Below, one piece after another: positions 7,285 to 15,081 of a DNA stretch of 18,421 nucleotides (its first letter is position 1; each line of letters starts with the position of its first letter). The translations under genes were made by a program, and so were the position numbers. The DNA comes from Gemmatimonadota bacterium (GTDB lineage: Bacteria; Latescibacterota; UBA2968; UBA8231). The stretch is from positions 1-18,421 of the forward strand of contig JAYPJE010000071.1 of assembly GCA_038128265.1 (NCBI GenBank), written 5' to 3'. The notes below the pieces were generated by a model. The model was given only the letters and a program-made list of their open reading frames with translations. It was not told where the DNA came from and searched no databases.

Positions 7285-10200
7285 GGAGTCCGCTCAATCT
7301 GCTCGCGCTTTTTGTCCAGGCGCTTGGGCGAGATCGGATGGGCCGTGCCCAACTCTTGGGCAAAGACCGATACGCGATATTCCTCGAGCATCCAGCGGTA
7401 TTCCTCGATGAGCGCTCGCCGCTCCAAGCTGCTTTCATCAGCGCACCGCAGCGCATCCAGCTCGCGCTGATAGGGTTCTACCAATGAGGCGCGCTGCTGC
7501 TCCTTGCCCGGGGCAAGCTGGGCGCGCTCGGCGCGCAGCTGCAGTGCTTTGAGATAGCGCTGTAGGTGTGGCAGCTGTTCAAAAGGCGTGTGCAGCAGAA
7601 AATCGCCCGGGAGTAAGCGGTCGAGCTCGTCGCTCATGGCGGCAAAGCGGCTGCCCGACAGGCGCAGTGCCTGTCGCTGTGTGAGCAGGGCTTCGACCAG
7701 TGACAGAAAGCGCTCTGACAGGCCGCGCACCGATCTGCGCGCCCGTTCTAACAGCTCGTTAAACGCCGCTTCGCGCAGCGGCAGGGGGCGAGCGCAGTAG
7801 AACAGGTAGTGCTCGAGATGAGCATAGGCTCGTTCGCGCATTTCCTGCGGTGTAGCCATCGACTGGTAGAGCTCTTTGCATTGGTTGAGGCTCTTGAGCT
7901 CGCGCTGCAGCCAGGCCGTCTCGTCTCCAAGGTGCAGTTCGCATAGGCAGGCTAGGCCGTCGCGCGCGCTCGTCTCTGCATCTTCGCGCTTTTTGTAGAG
8001 GCGCAGCGAAACGGCGCGTCCGTCCGTCTCGCGTTCGAGGCCCGGATAGCCGTAAATCGGCACGCCGCCGACCTGAGCGACTTCGATGCGTTCGGGAAGG
8101 TCGCCAAATTCCCACTGCGTTAGTCCGCGTCGCTCCCACTCTGCGGCGGCCTTTTTCCACGCCTCTAGCTCGGCGGGGGCCTCGTGCTGATCGAGCCCTT
8201 TCTTTAGCGAAGATAGGTCACGGCCAGAGGCTAGTGTCGCGTCGTCGCCGCCCTGGATCTCGACGCGCATGCGCAGGTGTTCGGGCACTTCGGATGCATC
8301 CCAATCGCCCAGCTGCACGTCGATGCGATAGCGCATGCGCACAAATTCGTGCAGCGACTCGACAAACGTTGGGTGCGTGCGCTTGAGTTCGGCGGCGATA
8401 GCGCGCGCCTTGTCCGGTATGGGCACCAGCTGCTTGCGCACGCGCTTGGGCAGCGCGCGCAGCAGGGCCGTGACTTTTTCTTGCAGCAGTCCGGGCACCA
8501 GCCATTCGAGCACTTCTTCGTCTACGGCGTGTGCCAGTTTGTAGGGCACCTTCAGCGTGATGCCGTCTACGGCTTGGCCCGGTTTGTAGGCATAACTCAG
8601 CGGCAGAGCGTGGCCGTCTAGATCGAGCGCATCGGGAAAGGCCTGTTGGTCAAATTCCTCGCCTTGGCTGCCCAGCAAATCACCTTCGTCCATCTGGAGA
8701 AAATCACCGCCGCGGCTGCGCAGCAAGCGGTTGAGGTCGTGCAGCGAGGAAATGCCGTCGAGCCGTTCGGCATAGAAGCGACAGGCGGCCTGTTCTACGT
8801 CGATATCGCCGTAAGCATGGGTGCGCGTTTGCCAGGTCTCCAGCTTGTCGCACAGGCGCCGGTTGTGCTGGATAAAGGCGTGTTGGGCGTGTATATCGGC
8901 TGGCACCAGCGCTTCGCGTATAAAAATTTCCGTCGCTTCGCGCGGGTTGATGCGCCCGTAGTCTACGCGTCGATTGAGCACTTCTAAGCCGTATAGAACG
9001 TGCTTTTCGCGCACCAGCACCCTGCCCGAGCGCGCGTTCCAATAGGGCTGGTCATAGGATATGCGGCATAAGTGAGCGCCCAGCTCGGCCAGCCATTCTG
9101 CCTGGATACGGGCCACCGTGCGCGCAAAGAGGCGCGAGGTTTCGACCATTTCACCCGCCACCAACCACTCGGGCGCCTTCCCTGAACGCTCTTCTACCGC
9201 TGCCTCCCTTTGCTGGCGCTGAAACAGGCCTGAACCTGGGAAGATCATTACTTCGCGGCTGCGTGCGGCCTGGTAGATATTGCCCTCTTTCTTTTGTGCG
9301 ACATTGCTCAGCAGGCCCGTCAGCACGGCGCGGTGTATGGCATCGTATGCGGCCGGCTCGTTGTTAAAGCGGAAGCGGCCAATTTCGCGCAAGGTCTGGT
9401 AGAGCTGTGCGTGGATATCGCGCCACTCGCGCATGCGCATGTAGGACAGGAAGTGCGCCTTGCAAAACTTGCGCATCTGATTCTGCGAGGCCTTTTCCAT
9501 CTCGTCGTGATAGGCGTTCCAAATATTCAGATAGGTGATAAAGTCAGAGCGGCTGTCGTGGAAGCGCCGGTGCATCAGATCGGCTGCATCCTGTTCTTCG
9601 AGTGGTCGTTCGCGCGGGTCTTGCACGCTGATGGCAGAGGCGATGACGAGCACTTCGGACAGGGCGTCTTCGTCGCGTGCCTGCAGGATCATGCGCGATA
9701 CGGTGGGATCAATGGGCAGGCGTGCCATGGCGCGCCCGCGTTCGGTTAGCCGCCTGTGTTCGTCGATGGCGCCTAGTTCGCGCAGCAGCTGGAAGCCGCC
9801 GGCAATGGCACTCTTTTGCGGCGGGTCGATAAAGGGAAAGCGCTCGATGTCGCCGAGGTGCAGGTCGATCATGCGCAGAATAACTTCGGCCAGGTTGGCG
9901 CGTTGAATTTCCGGCTGGGCGTATTCGGGACGGGCGAGAAAGTCCCGCTCGTCGTAGAGGCGAATACAGGTGCCATTGGCGACGCGCCCACAGCGCCCTT
10001 TGCGCTGCTCGGCACTGCTGCGCGCGATGGGTTCAATGGGCAAGCGCTGCGTGTGGGTGCGCGCATTGTAGCGGCTGATGCGCGCCAGGCCGGTGTCGAC
10101 CACGTAGCGGATATTGGGTATGGTCAGCGAGGTCTCGGCTATATTGGTCGCCACGACGATGCGCCGCTGGTCCTGCGGGGCAAAGACGCGCTGCTGCTCG

Positions 10201-11186
10201 GCGGCCGTCAGGCGGCCGAAGAGGGGCAGAATCTCGGTGCTGCGGTAGCGCCGTTTTTCAAGGATGTCGCGCGTTTCGCGGATATCGCGCTCGGAGGGCA
10301 TAAAGACGAGCACGTCCCCTTCGCGCGCGCTGTGGAATAGCTCGTCAACGGCGTTAACTGCGGCGTCGATATAGGTGCAGTCGCCGCTTTCCTGCTGCAT
10401 CTCGTCGAGCGGCCTGTAGAGCACGTCGACCGGGTATACTCGTCCCGACACCTCGATGATGGGCGCGCCGTCAAAGGCTTGGGCAAAGGTCTGCGTATCA
10501 ATGGTGGCTGAGGTGATAACGATCTTGAGATCGGGACGGCGCTGGCGCAGCAGGCGCAGATAGCCGATCAGAAAGTCGATGTTGAGACTGCGCTCGTGCG
10601 CCTCGTCAACGATGATGGCATCGTACTCGCTCAAGTCGCGATCGCCCTGCGTCTCGGCCAGCAGCATGCCGTCCGTCATCACCTTGATCAAGGTTTCCGG
10701 GGAGGTCTGGTCGCGGAAGCGGATCTTACAGCCGATATGTCGACCGTACTCGAGTTCGAGCTCTTCTGCAATGCGGCGTGCAATGGACAGCGCCGCTACG
10801 CGCCGTGGCTGCGTAACGGCGATCTTGCCGCGCAGGCCGCAGCCGGCTTCCAGGCACATTTTGGGCAACTGCGTCGTCTTGCCAGACCCCGTTTCACCGG
10901 CTATGACGACGACGGGGTTGTCGCGTATGGCGGCGAGAATCTCGTCGCGCCGTTCCGCAATGGGCAATTGTTGCGGATAGTGCGGCTGTGGCAGATAGGC
11001 GCGGCGCTTTTGCAGTAGCTCTTTCGAAGCACGCGCTCTTTCCAGCAGGCGCTGCAGCTGGCCAGCAGATGGCTGTCGCCTGCGCCGCAGCGCGCGCTCT
11101 ACGTGGAGGGCATCCTGCTGCATGCACTGTGGTAGCAGGTCGTGCAGTTCGGCGATCGCTAGCCTGGGGGAGGGCATTTCAGACAT
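7281..11186 (-). CDS. hrpA: ATP-dependent DEAH-box RNA helicase HrpA
   Basis: GETGSGKTTQLPK, TQPRRVAA, DEAHERSLNIDF, SAT, TNIAETSLT, QRKGRCGR; C-terminal DUF3418-type region (WLVPGLL, WMLEEYRVSVFAQELGT, PISPKRL). 1301 aa fits HrpA. Confidence 0.96.
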   Translation of the reverse strand: MSEMPSPRLAIAELHDLLPQCMQQDALHVERALRRRRQPSAGQLQRLLERARASKELLQKRRAYLPQPHYPQQLPIAERRDEILAAIRDNPVVVIAGETGSGKTTQLPKMCLEAGCGLRGKIAVTQPRRVAALSIARRIAEELELEYGRHIGCKIRFRDQTSPETLIKVMTDGMLLAETQGDRDLSEYDAIIVDEAHERSLNIDFLIGYLRLLRQRRPDLKIVITSATIDTQTFAQAFDGAPIIEVSGRVYPVDVLYRPLDEMQQESGDCTYIDAAVNAVDELFHSAREGDVLVFMPSERDIRETRDILEKRRYRSTEILPLFGRLTAAEQQRVFAPQDQRRIVVATNIAETSLTIPNIRYVVDTGLARISRYNARTHTQRLPIEPIARSSAEQRKGRCGRVANGTCIRLYDERDFLARPEYAQPEIQRANLAEVILRMIDLHLGDIERFPFIDPPQKSAIAGGFQLLRELGAIDEHRRLTERGRAMARLPIDPTVSRMILQARDEDALSEVLVIASAISVQDPRERPLEEQDAADLMHRRFHDSRSDFITYLNIWNAYHDEMEKASQNQMRKFCKAHFLSYMRMREWRDIHAQLYQTLREIGRFRFNNEPAAYDAIHRAVLTGLLSNVAQKKEGNIYQAARSREVMIFPGSGLFQRQQREAAVEERSGKAPEWLVAGEMVETSRLFARTVARIQAEWLAELGAHLCRISYDQPYWNARSGRVLVREKHVLYGLEVLNRRVDYGRINPREATEIFIREALVPADIHAQHAFIQHNRRLCDKLETWQTRTHAYGDIDVEQAACRFYAERLDGISSLHDLNRLLRSRGGDFLQMDEGDLLGSQGEEFDQQAFPDALDLDGHALPLSYAYKPGQAVDGITLKVPYKLAHAVDEEVLEWLVPGLLQEKVTALLRALPKRVRKQLVPIPDKARAIAAELKRTHPTFVESLHEFVRMRYRIDVQLGDWDASEVPEHLRMRVEIQGGDDATLASGRDLSSLKKGLDQHEAPAELEAWKKAAAEWERRGLTQWEFGDLPERIEVAQVGGVPIYGYPGLERETDGRAVSLRLYKKREDAETSARDGLACLCELHLGDETAWLQRELKSLNQCKELYQSMATPQEMRERAYAHLEHYLFYCARPLPLREAAFNELLERARRSVRGLSERFLSLVEALLTQRQALRLSGSRFAAMSDELDRLLPGDFLLHTPFEQLPHLQRYLKALQLRAERAQLAPGKEQQRASLVEPYQRELDALRCADESSLERRALIEEYRWMLEEYRVSVFAQELGTAHPISPKRLDKKREQIERTP

Positions 11187-11213
11187 GTGTTTGCGCTGCC
11201 GGCCGGAGTGGTG

Positions 11214-11609
11214 CTACCAAATGGTTCTGGAGTAAAAGGCGCGCAGGCGCGCATCGGAAGAGACTAGGTCACAGGCGTGCAGCATGGCCGTAGCGACGAT
11301 GGTGCGATCGGCCATATCGCCGTGATCCCAGTCGAGCACGAGGTTGCGCAGCCAGCACTTTTCGTCGACCGGAACGATGCGTAGATCGCCTACGCTGTGC
11401 AGGCGATCTACGTAGTCGTTGAGGCGCAGCGGCAGGCTGAGTTCACCGCGCTTGATTTTCTGTCCCAACTCCCATAGGGAAATGGAGCTGACGATTTTTC
11501 TTTCAGCGGACTCCAGTGCACTGGCTGCTGCAGGGGAGAGCCGCTCTGGATCGAGGCTCCAGTATACCAGCGCGCCGGTGTCGAGCACAACGGTAGAAGA
11601 TTCTGCCAT
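11214..11609 (-). CDS. vapC: Type II toxin-antitoxin VapC-family PIN-domain ribonuclease
   Basis: LDT, SSISLWE, HGDMADRTIVATA and LVSSD retain the acidic PIN residues; 131 aa ending TIW. Confidence 0.92.
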   Translation of the reverse strand: MAESSTVVLDTGALVYWSLDPERLSPAAASALESAERKIVSSISLWELGQKIKRGELSLPLRLNDYVDRLHSVGDLRIVPVDEKCWLRNLVLDWDHGDMADRTIVATAMLHACDLVSSDARLRAFYSRTIW

Positions 11610-11618
11610 GGTGCCGCG

Positions 11619-13706
11619 CTACTTGTCGTCAGCTGCGCTTCCAGCAGACGGCGCATGCCCGGCTGCGTGTACGTCGGCCAGGCTGCGGCTGCCGACGACC
11701 GTACCATCATCGTGCGCGTTGCGCTTCACATTTTGCAGCATTTCGTAAAGCTCTCTGAGGTTTCTGATTCCACCGACCAGAACGACGGCGGTAACTGCCG
11801 TTGTCATGAGCAGTATGACGACGCAGAAATACCACCAGAATGTGCCCCATGCTTGATCGGATATATCGGTGCTCAGCATGTAGACCGTGCCGATCAAAAA
11901 TACGGCAAAGAAGAGGAAGATATAGGCGTAAGAGCCCATAAATAGCAGCTTGTCGTCTCGGGCAAACTCAGGGCCCATCTTGAAAATGCCCAGACCCTGG
12001 CTCGGCGCTTTTTTCTCTTCGCCCTCGGTCGCTGTGCTGTCTTCTTCAACGGCGTAGTCCCCGCGGTGTAGCAGTTGGTCCATGTCGAACGTCTGGCGGC
12101 TGAACAGAGACACGACGACAAAGATGCACAGCGTGGTCAGCATGGTCCAAAAGAAGAGGTATTGGGCGTTGTAGGGAAACTTTTCCCACTCGGCCGCTTT
12201 GGCCGCCCAATCGGCTGGGAAGAATTGGGCGATCAGCTGTTGACTGGATGCCCACTCGTAGGTCACATACCAGCCGGCAATGGCTAGGAGGACGCCTACG
12301 ATGCTGGCGGACCAGGCGCCTGCGGAGCTAGCGCGTTTCCAGTAGAGGCCGCCAATGATGGCCGAGCCGGCCCAGCCTAGATAGATCGTGCCGGTCAGTG
12401 CAAAAAACATCAGAATGTCCTGCTGCTGGCCAAAGAGCAGGCTAAAGAAGAAGATGAATAAGCAGACGCCAAATATAGAGGCCTTGAGCAGGAGCACGTG
12501 CGTTTGCGGGGCCATGACTTTGTCGCCGACAAGCGTTTGGCGCAGGGGCATGACGACGTCCTGAACAAAGATGGAACCCCACGAGTGGAGGTAGGTGTCG
12601 TGCGTTGATATAAAAGCTGCTAGCATGACCGCGGCGAAGAGACCCATGATGCCCGGGGGCAAGAAGTGGGCGCTGGCCACCGTGACGGTGAGCTGGGCGC
12701 GAATCTGTTCGCTGTCGATTCCGGCCAGCGTATCGTGGGCGGCCTGCGCCTGCGTCGACCAGTCTGGGTGGTGCAAAAAGGCAAACGCGCATACGGGCAG
12801 TAAGGCCAGCGGCAGCGTTTGGGTGATATTGCGCAGCTGGCCGATAACGCGTCCCATGCGTGCGTCGTGCGGCGAGCGCGCCGAGCTAAAGTAGCCCTGA
12901 CTGCCCTGCCAGGCCATGTAGCAATAAAACGAGGAAAAGGCCGAAATGAGAAAGTAGTCTGGGCCAAAATTATCCGTGCCGCTGGTCTTAGCCGGATTGA
13001 TAAGGGATGCGTCGCTGGGCGCGAATTGGATAGCCGCGGCGATGACGGTATCCCAGTCGAATAGAAAGAACAGCATGTAGATGCCCAGTAAGACGAAGAC
13101 GATATTGACGAACATGCCCTGGATAAAGTCGGTAACCATGACGGCGATTTGCCCGCCCATGAAAGTGAACCAGAGCGAGATGCCGAGCAGGGCAATCATG
13201 ATGAGAGCATAGGTCAGGTCGATCTGCGTGCCCAGCACGACGACCGGCCATTCGGGAAAGCCGCAGTAGTACTGGAAAAAACGGCCGCCCACGGCGGGAA
13301 AGAGGGCGAAATTGATCAGGCCCGACGCGTAGCCTATGATACCGGCGTAGACGCGAAACGAGCGGTTGTAGCGAATCTCAAAAAACTGGGCCAGCGTCAT
13401 GGCGCGCGTCTGACGGAACCGGTACTGCACCCAGCCGGTCGAGGCAATGATGACGCCGATCGGTAGCAACATGAGCTTCCACCAGGAGGCGGTGAAGCCC
13501 GCCTTGTAGGTCATCTCGAAAATGGCGACGATGCTGATGGCTCCGAGGCCCGACATGCCGTCTGCCACGCCTAGCAGATACTTGCCGGCGCAGCGACTGG
13601 CCGAAAGGAAATCGGCCACGCTCTGCATATACTTTCTCGTGCTCAGGGCCACGGCGGTGATAAAGCCGACCAGCAGCACGAGTATCAACCAATCAATAAA
13701 GGTCAA
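11619..13706 (-). CDS. Sodium:solute symporter (SSS/SLC5) family membrane protein, substrate unknown
   Basis: IDWLIL start, ADFLSASR, TLAQFFEIRY, GGQIAVMVTDFIQG, GIMGLFAAVMLAAFISTHDT (Na2-site-like), GGLYWKRASSAGA; many hydrophobic segments. TTG start with GGAGA RBS. Confidence 0.92.
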   Translation of the reverse strand: MTFIDWLILVLLVGFITAVALSTRKYMQSVADFLSASRCAGKYLLGVADGMSGLGAISIVAIFEMTYKAGFTASWWKLMLLPIGVIIASTGWVQYRFRQTRAMTLAQFFEIRYNRSFRVYAGIIGYASGLINFALFPAVGGRFFQYYCGFPEWPVVVLGTQIDLTYALIMIALLGISLWFTFMGGQIAVMVTDFIQGMFVNIVFVLLGIYMLFFLFDWDTVIAAAIQFAPSDASLINPAKTSGTDNFGPDYFLISAFSSFYCYMAWQGSQGYFSSARSPHDARMGRVIGQLRNITQTLPLALLPVCAFAFLHHPDWSTQAQAAHDTLAGIDSEQIRAQLTVTVASAHFLPPGIMGLFAAVMLAAFISTHDTYLHSWGSIFVQDVVMPLRQTLVGDKVMAPQTHVLLLKASIFGVCLFIFFFSLLFGQQQDILMFFALTGTIYLGWAGSAIIGGLYWKRASSAGAWSASIVGVLLAIAGWYVTYEWASSQQLIAQFFPADWAAKAAEWEKFPYNAQYLFFWTMLTTLCIFVVVSLFSRQTFDMDQLLHRGDYAVEEDSTATEGEEKKAPSQGLGIFKMGPEFARDDKLLFMGSYAYIFLFFAVFLIGTVYMLSTDISDQAWGTFWWYFCVVILLMTTAVTAVVLVGGIRNLRELYEMLQNVKRNAHDDGTVVGSRSLADVHAAGHAPSAGSAADDK

Positions 13707-13776
13707 AGTGCTTCTCCGCGTTGATAGGTGGGGTCACAGGACTTAATAAAATCGGCAAAAATGGGCCAATTTCAAC

Positions 13777-13992
13777 TCATATCGAAGTTGGCTCGTCGAT
13801 GGAGCGAGTGTAGTGGACGTTGCCCGCCAAGCCGGCAAAAGTCTCCGTCACGCTCTGTGCCGAGCGGATGGGGACAATTTGGAGTACCGGCCGGTTGTTG
13901 TCGGTGACGACGAGCGTTTCACCGCTGCGTTCGACCTCGCGAAAGAGGCGCAGCATGTGGGCTTTTAGAAAGCTTTTGGATACCGATGGCAT
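13777..13992 (-). CDS. Type II toxin-antitoxin antitoxin, Phd/YefM (prevent-host-death) family
   Basis: MPSVSKSFLKAHMLRLFREVERSGETLVVTDNNRPVLQIVP fits the Phd/YefM N-terminal DNA-binding pattern (K...L..V..GE..VVT...RPV..IVP); 71 aa; preceded by a promoter and operator-like repeats. Confidence 0.85.
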   Translation of the reverse strand: MPSVSKSFLKAHMLRLFREVERSGETLVVTDNNRPVLQIVPIRSAQSVTETFAGLAGNVHYTRSIDEPTSI

Positions 13993-14004
13993 ATATACCG
14001 TTTA

Positions 14005-14031
14005 ATGACTATGGTCATATCTATGGTCATA
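14005..14031. promoter_or_regulatory. Putative antitoxin operator (palindrome plus direct repeat)
   Basis: ATGAC-TATG-GTCAT inverted repeat at 14005-14018; exact direct repeat CTATGGTCATA at 14009-14019 and 14021-14031; lies between the -10 box and the antitoxin ATG. Confidence 0.75.
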
Positions 14032-14059
14032 ATATAGGTAAAACAAGATTATAAGACAA
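14031..14059 (-). promoter_or_regulatory. Sigma70-type promoter for the antitoxin gene
   Basis: Minus strand TTGTCT (14059-14054), 17 nt spacer, TATATT (14036-14031), in an AT-rich intergenic region. Confidence 0.65.
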
Positions 14060-14067
14060 TTTTTGAA

Positions 14068-15081
14068 TCAAGGGTAGAGATTCCAATAGCTCCAGCTGTA
14101 GCAGATGGCGCCGGCGGCCCACAGTCCCTGGCGCGCCCACTGTGGGAAGAGGCGCAGCCCCATGGCGGCCAATCCGCACAGAGACGGCAGGGCGCAAAGC
14201 AGTAGGGCTGTGCCCTGTTGGGTAAGAGCATAGGCGATGCAGGGGACGAGGAGACCGGCGACCAGCAGGCCGTGCCGTGCGTCTTTGCGCCAGTCGGCAC
14301 AGGCGCGCAGGCCGGCCGCTACCAACAGGGCGAAGAGGGCGGTGCCTACCAGTGCCTCTGGCACGTGCAGGTTGGTGCTGAGCAGGCAGAATGTAGTCAG
14401 CAAATGCGTCAACTGGCCGGCATGCAGAGGCGGCAGTTGGGTGCTCAAGAATTGGGTGGCGGGTTCCCGGAAGGCGAAGGCAAAAATCGCCAGCACGACT
14501 GCCAGCGCCCCCCACCAGAGCGCCTGGCGCTGCGGGTAGCGTTTCCAATAGAACAGCGCGATGACGCTCTGTAGCAGGGGCAAGAAAATGAGGCTGACTT
14601 GAGCGCCGAACGACAGTGCGGTAACGAAGGTCCAGCCAATGAGAAAGCCGGCCTTGCCGCTGCGCAGGTATTCCCAGAATAGCGCGTAGCTGAGGGCGAC
14701 CAGCAACAGGGCTAGGGTGGCGGGTGACAGGGCGCGGGCCTGCGCTGCGAGAAAGGGAGAAGCGGCCAGCAAGAGCAGTGCGCCAGGTGCGGCGTGGGCT
14801 CCGGCCAAGCCGCGCAGCATGCGCGCGCCCGCGACGAGGGCGAGCAGGCCGCATAGGATGCTCGGGAGGTGTAGCCACAGGGCGCTCTCGCCGCGCGCAC
14901 AGGCGTTGACCAGCAGCAGGTAGAGCGGATCTGGCTCATTGGCAAAGAGCGTCTGCAGCGGTTTGGAGGCGCGCTGGACTAGGGATTCATCGCCCGTGCT
15001 GAGCGCGGCCGAGTCGAGATCGTAGAGGACCAAGACGGCATAGGCCAGCAGGCTGAGCGACAGGCCGAGCGCGCGACTCAT
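14068..15081 (-). CDS. Polytopic membrane protein, GT-C fold glycosyltransferase-like (PMT_2 / ArnT / GT39-83 type), divergent
   Basis: First TM helix then LSTGDE loop, PDPLY, LHLPSILCGLLAL, ALLLLAASPF, followed by multiple TM segments. Likely start ATG 15081 overlapping the amidohydrolase stop (ATGA); the ORF-track extension to 15231 overlaps the upstream gene. Confidence 0.65.
   Translation of the reverse strand: MSRALGLSLSLLAYAVLVLYDLDSAALSTGDESLVQRASKPLQTLFANEPDPLYLLLVNACARGESALWLHLPSILCGLLALVAGARMLRGLAGAHAAPGALLLLAASPFLAAQARALSPATLALLLVALSYALFWEYLRSGKAGFLIGWTFVTALSFGAQVSLIFLPLLQSVIALFYWKRYPQRQALWWGALAVVLAIFAFAFREPATQFLSTQLPPLHAGQLTHLLTTFCLLSTNLHVPEALVGTALFALLVAAGLRACADWRKDARHGLLVAGLLVPCIAYALTQQGTALLLCALPSLCGLAAMGLRLFPQWARQGLWAAGAICYSWSYWNLYP

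Noticed and set aside
13701..13737. GGTCA half-sites near the symporter start resembling the operator
   Set aside because: Only isolated 5-bp matches with no palindromic pairing; expected by chance.
11610..13776. Symporter region as a mobile element or gene cassette
   Set aside because: No transposase, terminal inverted repeats, attC-like site or target-site duplication was found by eye at either junction.
14027..14878. 283-aa same-strand alternative-frame ORF
   Set aside because: Arg/Pro-rich off-frame composition inside the membrane protein gene.
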